Shown: piece after piece, positions 29,329 through 39,000 of the stretch
Layout: each line of letters starts with the position of its first letter
Numbering within the stretch: the first letter of the stretch is position 1
Notes under the pieces: model-generated
The model's input: the letters and a program-made list of their open reading frames with translations, nothing else
The model's database searches: none
Told to the model about the DNA's origin: nothing
Assembly: GCA_009103225.1 (NCBI GenBank)
Contig: RHPI01002368.1
Location: forward strand, 62,001 to 126,000
Source of the DNA: Chlorokybus atmophyticus
Taxonomy: Eukaryota; Plantae; Mesostigma and Chlorokybus algae
Length of the DNA: 64,000 bases
Direction of reading: 5' to 3'
Made by a program: the position numbers and the translations under genes

Positions 29329-32300
29329 CATGTCCAAGCGAAATCTCGTTCCCCTTGGCCAGTTTAAGCCTGCAGGTAATAAGTAATATATGCTTGTTCA
29401 GCATGAGTATCGTTAACATGTGGTAACACTGGTCATGCACACAGACAAGAAGCACAAGGGTCCAGCGCACAAGAAGGAACCTGCTAAGAAGGAAGCTGTC
29501 CTGCAGAAACCCTGCAAGAAATCAAGTAATGTAGCGCTGTTCCAGCTGACCATACTAACGCATGCTCACTGCGGTTGTTTGCCACCATTGTTGCAATAAC
29601 ACTGTCTATTGCAGACCTTTTTGACACCACAAAGGCTCAGTTGTTGGAGGGGTTCAATAATTGGCGGAAACTAAGGGAGGAGGAGAAGGCTGGGAAGGCG
29701 AAAATGTCCACAAAATACAGTTGGGATGTCGTGGTTGAAGTAATGCAGAAGAACCTGAATGAAGATCCTCGCTTGATTGAGCTCGACAAGAACTTGCAGA
29801 TCTGCCTATGGAAGTTCGTGGAGGACCAGCTCAGGCTTTGTGATCCGGAGGCAGCTGCTAGGGGTATGGACCTCGGGCATTTTGGCCTTGAAGATGTTGT
29901 TACCGATAATGACATCCATGAAGAAACGAAGACAAAGTGGGGAAAGAAATTCTCTGACTGGAGGAAAGCGAAGGCGAAGAGCAAGAACCTCATGTCATGG
30001 GGTGAGCTGGTGGTCTTTATCAAGAAAGCGCTGTGCAAACCAGACTTGGCTTCCCTCAATCGAGAATGGAGGCTCAAGCTACGGCAGTATGTGGAGGAAG
30101 AGCTAAGGCTATGTGATCCAGAGGCAGCTGCTATGGGCATCGACATCGGGGAATACGGTCTTGACTACGAAACAGAGGCGCTCAAGCAGCAAGTGGAGGC
30201 CCAAGCCAAGCAGCAAGCGGATGCTGAGTCCAAGCAGCAAGCGGATGCTGAGGCCAAGCAGCAAGCTGACGCGGAGGCCCAGCAGAAAGCTGAGGCCCCA
30301 TCCAAGTCCCAGACTGCACAAATGCAGAAAGGGCCTCGACCTGAAGCCGGTACCTCTGCTTCTGCTGTTGAACCAGAAGACGGTCTACCTCCAGCAGAAA
30401 CGGAGGGCAGGGTTAGAGCTGGTTGGGCTGTTGCATGATAAACACCGGCTTCGGCTTTTCGATGCCTATGCAGATTGGAATTGCTTCTATGCCTGCCTTG
30501 CCCAATCGCGCCCTCGCGTGAACGCTGCGTGCTTGACACGCGCGAACGCAGCGGACAACGGGTCTTTCTGGCGAAGCATTGTGCTGGACAATGGCAAACA
30601 GCTGCCAACAAGAGAGCAAGCGCAAAAGCTTCGGAAGATCTGTGCTGAGCAGGTCAACCTTTATTGGTTGCTGGAGTATCGCAATTACGGGGCCTGTGGT
30701 GACATGGGCCAGGATTACAAAAAGATGGCCAGGAAATATGGCGTAACCAGGGCACTTAACAAAAAGCAACTCAAGCCTAAGCAAGATGAAGACAACGCTA
30801 TAGAGGCTCTGCAGAAAGTGATCGCTGAAGAGAGCGTTTATGCCGATCAACTGCAAGTGGCGATCATGGCGCACGCTCTTGGCATTCACATCGATATTGT
30901 GCAGCTCACTGAGGTTGCCGACGAGAAGCAGTACTGCTGAGAAGCAGAGCATAAGGGCGGCCTCATTGAAGGCGATGACGGGAGGTACTACACAGTGGAT
31001 GCCAAGGGAGAGAAGCATTCCGTCAAACCTGTAGTGGTGGTTGGCGAGGATGTTATCGATGTGGCTAGCCATATAATCATTGGCAACACGGATCCAAGCA
31101 AGCCCAGCGCGCATTACATGTCTGTTGGTGATGCAAATGGTATACTCTCTTGGCAGCGCAGCGACATGCCACCGAAAGTCCTGCGCTGCATGTACCCTGC
31201 AGATGCCGAGCCCCAGCCCCAGCCCCAGCCCCAGCCCCAGCCCCAGCAGCAAGCCCAGCCCCAGCCCGAGCCGAGGCCCAGCCCCAGCCCAAGCAGCAAG
31301 CCGAGCCCCAGCCCAAGCAGCAAGCTGATGCCGAGGCCAAGCAGGAGGCCAAGCAGCAGGCCAAGCAGCGGGAGGAGGCGGAGGCCAAGACCAAGCTGGA
31401 TGAGGACAATGCCAAGCAGCGGCAGGAGGAGGCCGAGGCCAAGCAGAGGCAGGAGGCGGAAGCCAAGGCCAAGCTGGGTGAGGCCAATGCCAAGGCCAAG
31501 CAGAGGTTGGAGGCCGAGGCCAAGCAGCAGCAGGAGGAGGCCAAGGCCAAGCAGGATGAGGCCAATGCTAAGGCCAAGCAGGAGGAGGCCGAGGCCAAGC
31601 AGAGGCAGGAGGCGGAGGCTAAGGCCAACGAGGCTAAAGACCAGCAAAGGCAGGAGGCTGAGGCCAGGAGCCAGCAGGAGGCTGGCGCTATGCAGGTTGA
31701 TGCCGCTGTTGAGGAGGAGGCTGATGCTATCAGTGATATGTCAGTTGACATCAGCACCGCAGCAACCAGTGACACCAGTGACATCAAGAAACGCAGACGC
31801 CGCCCGTCACGCCGCCAGCGAGCTGCTTTGCAAAGGGACAACACGCCTTCCGGTGCTTTCCAGAAGCTGCATTGTGTGCAACAGGGGGAGCGCACCGTGG
31901 ACGAATATCACGCGCAGTTTGCACAATTGTGCGGGGTGGCAAACACCTGCGTTGAGCTGGTGCCTAAGGCCCTTAAACTACAACTGTTTCTCCAGGGACT
32001 CAGGAAAGTAGTGCGCATTGGCGTGCCCAAGGGTCCTTGCAACCAAGATTGGAATGCTGATCAGTTCGATTTGCTTGTGTCGGCTGCCAAGACTTATGAA
32101 CGGACCTTGCTTGTTAAACAGCAAGCACACCTCTTAGATCGTTCAAAGTTTGAGTTCGGCAAAGCAAGGCCAAGCAGGTTGCAGAAATTGGAACGACTGG
32201 AACAAATCAGCAGTCGTCGGGAGGGCAAGAAGCTGGCACATCAAGCTGCATATCAACGTGAGCAGGAGATGATAGCTGCACAGGAGACCCTTGAGCAGCA

Positions 32301-32448
32301 GGAGCAGCTGCGTAAGCAGCTGAAGCGGCAGAAGGAGGAGGAGAGCCAACAAATAAAGCGAATGGCTCAGCAGGGAAAGGAGCAGCGGAAGCAGCGGCGG
32401 GAGCAGAAGGAAATACAGCAGCAGCAGCATCCGCAGCAGCAGAGGTAA
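29329..32448 (+). pseudogene. OTU-family deubiquitinase-like cargo gene: 2x unknown ~85-aa repeat, OTU, EAKQ coiled coil, Gag-capsid-like domain, Gln-rich coil
   Basis: Spliced 5' exons (MSKRNLVPLGQFKPA...). OTU Cys box ADWNCFYACLAQ (Cys codon 30482), VYADQLQVAIMAHALGIHIDIV and His box SAHYMSV (His codon 31112). Lesions: frameshifts near 30400 and 31270, TGA at 30938-40. Confidence 0.72.
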
Positions 32449-33968
32449 ATGTAACAGCAACCTCGAGGTTGTTCACTTCACGACTACCAGCTTTGCAGGT
32501 TGGAACACGCATGGACACTGCTTGTACAATAGCAAAAGTTGCAAGTATTGCTCTCGTTAACATCTGCTGCTGTTGTGTTTGCAGGAGCCTCTGCTACCTC
32601 ACCATGCCTGTGCAGAATCTATCGTTCTCACAGCGTAGGGCCAACCTCATGTGTAAATGTATATATTAATTCAAGCTGAACACAGAGGCATCTTCTAGAT
32701 TTAGCCCTCTGTTTTCTCATTCTCGATTCGGGTCTGAGCTCATGCTGAATGCAGAGGCATCCTCGTGAATAAGCCCTCTGCTTGCTCATTCTGTCTTTGT
32801 ATGCAGAGCGTAGGAGCATCACCCTGTGATTAAGCCCCCTTCTTGCTCACTTTCTTGCCCCCTTCTTGCCTGTGCCACCTGCTTTCGCTGCTAACCAGCA
32901 GGAAGTGGAGGTGTTCTTCCAGGTGACATGACAGGAGCTTGACATGACAGGTTAGAGGAAAGACAATCTCGTGGTCTTTGTACAGGATAAAGTGTGTTAG
33001 CTTTAGCTGCCTGTCTGTGTGTGTTGAAGGATTGCAGCAAAATGCAATCACCCACATCTGCCTGTCCTTGTATGCTTAAAATCATCCCGACTGCACGCGG
33101 GTTCACTGCGAACGCACCGCCTTAGGAGCCTTGCTGGCTGCTGTTTGTATGCAGTCACGGCGCACAGGTAAGTGTGACAGCACTTGTAGAGTGGAGGTGG
33201 TAACAGAAGTCAGCAGTAAGTCATGAGGTATGCATCGCTCTCGTGCATATACTACCTATGATTGCATTTCACCTTCTCAACCACCTCCAGCCTCTGCATG
33301 GAACTTGTTGGTCGCGATCTGCTCCAGGGCTTTTTGATGGACGGCGGTTGTACCTGCCGCTGGGGTTGGGTTGCTGTTTGTGATATGGCAACTCAGGCTG
33401 GCAGTCCTTCTCCCCCCACCCACCTGAGAGAACACCTCTTGCTGCTGTTGACATGCCGCCCTCGTATTGGCACGCCCTCGTACTCGCCCCGACAACCGCT
33501 GAAAACCGGGCATGTGTCCAAAGATTGCACGCAACCACAGGCATGCGCACAGCAACCTAGAAGTTCTCCTTCTCCGCCCACCCACCTGACACAAAACCTC
33601 CTGCGGGTTTACTGCGAACGCAGGATGTGGTCCTGCAGAGCCGTCTCGCGCAAGTCACGTACTGTAGACTTTGTGCACATGCTCAGAGCCTCTGGTTCAT
33701 GACTTTCGCGAGTCAGCTTTGGTTGGACCATACCCTGCGTTCGCAGTGAACCCGCAGAAGGTCTGGTCTCGGGTGGGCGGACGGCGCAACAGGGCTTGAA
33801 GGCGCTCTGGAAGAGACCCTGCCCAGCAGGTCAGTCTTTCCCGTGCTGGCAAACACAGGCATCCTCATGATTAAGACCTCTTGCTGACTTTATTGGGTCG
33901 CTCATTCTGTTGTTGAGTTTGAGTTCAGGCTAACAAAGTGGCCAGCAATCAAGAGCTACCTCTACCTT

Positions 33969-35714
33969 TCAGTAAAAAGGAGGGTAATCAACAGTGAAGC
34001 CTATTGCTTCCAGCAACAGCCTGCCTACATGTTCAGAGTAAGTTGGTGGAATGGCATTCTTGACTTCCGATTCCGCATCCATCCACTCCACCTGCATGGC
34101 AGACTGCCACCCTGCAATCGTGCCACGGCAGGATGCTTGGCCGTACACCGGGTAAATTTGCCTCTCCCCAGGTAGCAACTGCCGGCGCTGCTCCGGGTGG
34201 GTGGCCAGCTCTCCAAGTGCACAACTTGTGTGGTTGCATTTCAAGTCTCAGTGCAGTGGAGGGTTTGTCTCGAAGATGCGATGACGATACACATCCAACT
34301 TGAACATGGTGCCACACAGCTTCAGGTGAGTTGTCAGGTGTCCTGATGCGCCTGCGACATTCTCTATCACCCATGGCTTGCCGCTCAACTGCAACTTGGC
34401 TCTTATGGGGTCAATCAGGTTGACGTGCTCCCATCGATTGCCGTACGCGGAGCGCTGTGTAGTGGGAATGGCCCCACTTAGAGCTTGACATGGAGGACTT
34501 GCCCACACCGCAGCGTATGCTGTCGGGTCAGCGTCCATTGCATCCATCTGGCAGAACTTGAATGGGTATGACGGTTGTGGCTTGTCGATGCCCTCAACAT
34601 CAAACCCTGCGCTGTACAGACCCATGGCTACACCACCAGCGCCGCAAAAGAGATCCAGTGCGCGCGGCCTGCAACGTCTTCCGATTGAGTCTATTGGTGT
34701 GCGTGTGATCAGAAGGGGTGGGGGCTTGGGCCATCGATCGAGCTCTCGACCAGGCAAGTCTTGCAGTTTCAGACAGCTTTGACCACCAACACGAACCATT
34801 ACGTCGTAACCCTCACGCACAGCTGCCATGTTCCAGTTCTTTATCAAGATGTGGTGCAGCCGTGGGTCCTCAACGAAATCGTCGTACTTGATGGTATGTT
34901 TTCCTGAGCCACATGTTTGCCTGAGCCGGTGCTTGCATGAGCGTGCGCATGTAAATACTCTGCAGTATACCTGTGTTGGCATCAAAAGTGATGATGTGGC
35001 CTGCATACCAGGAGCTCATTCCTGGCCAGTACACCACAACGCGGCATGCTACCAAAGACTGCCCCTCATCAACAATCTCCTTCCGCCAAGCAGCCAGTGT
35101 CGCGACATCATCGACAACCGCATTCCCCTTTGGCATTCAAGAGTAAGTTGGTCATGCATGCAAGCGCTGTTTTGCTGTTTGCAAGGACAGTTCAACTCAA
35201 CAACCGCCAAGCAGCCAGTGTCGCGACATCGTCGACAACCGCGTTCCCCTTTGGCATTCAAGAGTAAGTTGGTCATGCATGCAAGCGCTGTTTTGCTGTT
35301 TGCAAGGACAGTTCAACTCACCCTGTTGTTGACATCGTCTTCGATTACAGTGGACTTGCCGCGACCGTTGCGCACGAGCTGACGTCGAACCACATTGCAC
35401 ATCTGCCCATCGTGATATGCTCCAGGTCGTGCCCAAGGCAGGTAATTCATGGGCTCGCCGTCCCACTCAAACTTGGAAAGCGAGCACTGCAGGCAAGTGC
35501 ACTCCTCCCAAAAGAAATCTGGCCTCATGCATTGTGCCAGCAGTCTGCATTGCCTCACATTGTCCCCCCTTGCCTTGTGGTGCCAGCAGGCTTCATAGAA
35601 GCCATACTGCTCACTGTACAGCTTGCACTTCTCTTCATGCTGTTGCAGACGTCTGTTGTTGCCATTCCTAACCAAGTATGCTTTGCAGAAGCTACACACT
35701 TTGACGCCGCGCAT
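33969..35714 (-). pseudogene. Cys/His zinc-finger + Tudor-like + prokaryote/phage-type C5 cytosine DNA methyltransferase, one in-frame TGA
   Basis: Motif I LDLFCGAGG (34632-49), motif IV WASPPCQ (34485-99), motif VI WVIENV (34356-64), motif VIII YRHRIFE, motif X-like EWM...KNAIPPTYSEHVG. Tudor-like LVACRVVVYWPGMSSWYAGHIITFDANT^GKHTIKYDD across GT-AG intron 34970-34904. TGA at 34248-50. Confidence 0.88.
35085..35320. repeat. ~117-bp tandem duplication spanning an intron 3' end and exon start of the methyltransferase gene
   Basis: caagcagccagtgtcgcgacatc...ggacagttcaactca occurs twice in tandem. Confidence 0.85.
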
Positions 35715-36004
35715 GCTGGCGCCACGCTACCTGGCACACAAACCCTAGAAGCTAATGCACTGGACGGAAGAAGAAAAGGAGCATGTACGCAAATTGTGGA
35801 GCATATCCGGATTGACTTTCTGGCTTGTTTTGAATCGGGATTGGATGTGTCCTAAACCCTTAATTTACAGTAGGCAGTCATGACGGTGGCGACGGCGGCG
35901 GTGTTTGCGGCGGCAGCGTGCCTGCAGGTCTTTGCTTTGGCTGTATGGAAGTTGATTGGAAGTTGCTTGCAGTATGTTGGCTGACTGCTTTTGATGTTTG
36001 TAGC

Positions 36005-39000
36005 ATGAGCTACTTTCGCAGGTGTTTTTGCCGCGACTGCAAAGGGAGCAAAGTGTTCACACACAACCACATTAGAAGGGCTGAATATCATGAAAACTTT
36101 GGCAAAAACATGTGGTGTGGCACTCCAGAAGCTGTTGCTCCTGAATACCGTGATCGACTACAACCCCATGAACTTGAAGAAGCTGATGCTGCTGTTGCTG
36201 CTGCATCCTTACACATGTCGTCAGGTACGAGAGAAACTTCTCTACAGCTTTGAATCTATACAACAGGCTGTCTGATCATTGATCTGGCTTGCCCCAGGTG
36301 AAGCTCTCCATGACACCGAACAATTGCTAGTTGGGAACGACGCTACTGAACATGTTGACACAGGCACGCCGTTGCAACCGAGTGTTGAATCTCCTTTCAA
36401 TGTTGCAGCCAACTTGCAACCAGCAGGTACGACCTGACTTGCGTGGCATGTTGACATTGCTGATGCTGTGCCTCTCATTGTTCATGTGCCACTAGACTCA
36501 TTGCAGCTGGCAGGTTGTGATCCGTGTGCTCATGAAGGACAATGTGCTTATGGAGAACAACGCGGATCTCACCCAGCATTTTGTGGAATTGAGAATGCTA
36601 CATTGCAAGAGCATCAAGGTGCCAGAACCAAATCCACAAATGGACAAGTAGAGCCTGAGACGCCAGTGCACTGCACCTCCACTGCTGAGCAAGTCGATGC
36701 GGAGCAAGGTGATGCGGAGCAAGGTGATGTTGCCGGCGAAGACCAAGACTATGAAACCGATGTGGAATCGCAGCCGGACGAGGCTAAATGCGTTGATGAT
36801 GCCATGCTACTTGACAAGGTGAATGCTGCGTTGCTGGATAATNAGCAACCCTGGTGATGCGGATCAAGGTGATGTTGCCGGCGAAGACCAAGACTATGAA
36901 ACCGACCGTGGAATCGCAGCCGGACGAGGCTAAATGCGTTGATGATGCCATGCTACTTGACAAGGTGAATGCTGCATTGCTGGATAATGCAAGCAACCCT
37001 GTTGTTTTCAGCTCTCGTACAACCCCTCTAGGCATTTCCATGCTGCTATTGGTTCTGGCGCAGCTACATCGAATACCCTTCAATTGCATGAATCAACTGC
37101 TCAGGTTGGTGGGCAGATTACACAGCTGACTGCTGAAACATCAGCCTGTTCAGAACTGATGTGTTTCTGTGTGCCAGGTTGTTGCGTGGCATCCTCTTGC
37201 CTAAGGAGAATAAGATGCCAGGCAGCATGCACGAGCTATTGAAATGCCTTGAAGGCCTCAACATGGGCTTCCACACATATGATGCCTGTCGCTGTGATCA
37301 CATGTTGTATTGTGGCCGACATGCCAACATGATACTTTGCAAAGGTGAGCAATTGTTGCAAATGTTCACTACAATGGGATTTAATTAGCATGTCCCATCA
37401 GCATACGACTTGCTTATGCAGTCTGCAAGGCCCCTCGCTACCGCAACATAGGAGGTAGACAAGTTGCATGGAAGATTGGGCGTTACTTTGACGTGCCTGC
37501 TGCGCTGAGGGCTCTGTACCTAAAACCTAGTGTTGCTGCGGAGATGATGGCGCACACAAATCGAAGTCAGGATGGGATTATGCGATCTATACACGGTAAC
37601 ATTGCCAAGTTCAGTGGTATATGAGGCACGACTGTGTGCATGATTGTGTTGGTAAGCGGCTGGGGCAGTCCAATGCAAGCCCTCAGTGTCCGTGCCTTGT
37701 GCTTTTGTGTGCGTGGCGCTGAGGCAGCATGTAAGACCTCGGTGTCCTTGCCTGTGTTTGTTTGTGTGTCGGCGTGGCGCTGAGGCGGCATGTAAGACCT
37801 CGGTGTCCTTGCCTGTGTTTGTTTGTGTGTCGGCGAGGTGCTGGGGCGGTATGTAAGACCTCAGTATCCAGCCTTGCGATTGTATGCATGTTTGAATGTG
37901 TTGTGGGGCTGGGGCAGTTGGTCGTAAGCCCTTGGTGTACTTGCTGCTGTCAGACTCGCCAATGTTCAAGGACACTGAACAACGCTACAGCCGATTTGCC
38001 AAAGAACCACGCAATGTGCGCCTAGCGATGTTCATCGACGGGATGAGCCCGTTCAAAGATCCGCACAAAGGTATAAAAGAGCATTTTTCTTCCTGTATGC
38101 TCGTTGCAGTGTAACTGTACGAATGGCAGCTAAGGGTTTGTTGAGTTGCAAGGGACTATGAGTTTTGGGTTGTCACAATCTCAGTGTTGAACCTGCCCAT
38201 TGCCAAGATGCACAAGACAGACACTACATTTCTAGCTGCTGTAATTCCTGGACCCAAACAGCCAGAGAATCTACAGGCTTATCTCAAGCCAATTATTGAC
38301 CAGTTGGGAGATCTCTGGGAAGGTATGGTTTCAACGCAGCTAGGATAAGCAGCTTCCATTACTGCAGTCATGCCTGACAAATGCGCACGACTAAGGCATG
38401 TAATCTGCTGGCATTTGTTATAGGTATAGACATATATGACAGCCACCGCGACGCAGTTTTTCGTTGCAGATCTATTCTGCAGATTGTAATCCATGATTAC
38501 CCAGGTACTCAAGCAGCAGCAGTGTTTGCACTTACTGTTACCAGTGTCTGACTGTATCTGTATATTGGACTGTCTTTGCAACCATGGTTGTGGCTACTGA
38601 AGTACATTTTGTTGGTTGCGCAGCTCTGGCAAATTCTGCCTTGCAGATGGCGCATGGAGCCATCTTTGGCTGTTCAAAGTGCGAGTGCAGTGGAGAACAT
38701 GTGGAACTTCTCAAAAAGGTGATCTATCAAGGCCACCGCCGGTACCTACCGGATGACCATCCTTACAGAGTTGATGAGCGTTGGCCGCATCCAGAACACA
38801 GACCTCCACCACCCATGCGGACTGCAGAGAGCGTGTACACGTGAGCAATCTCAATTGATTGCGCATTCGGTTGCAGAACATAGGTATGTCAGCAATGGAT
38901 GCCATGTGATCAGGTATGCTATGACATCTCGCAACAGCAAGCGTCCACTGCACTCCAAGAGACATCCTTCAAAGACCTCCGGCATCCTTGGACTGAGCTG

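Noticed and set aside
23119-34250. TGA stops as selenocysteine or a variant genetic code
   Set aside because: RPS15 and other genes use TGA as a normal stop, the positions are not catalytic Cys sites, and the same genes also carry frameshifts.
33969-35040. Methyltransferase as bacterial contamination or a restriction-modification system
   Set aside because: It is joined by a GT-AG intron to a Tudor exon, lies between eukaryotic TIRs, and no restriction enzyme or operon is present.
36700-36995. ~140-bp direct duplication in TnpD exon 3 that breaks the frame
   Set aside because: The copies meet at a single N (36843), typical of an unmerged contig overlap; treated as an assembly artefact.
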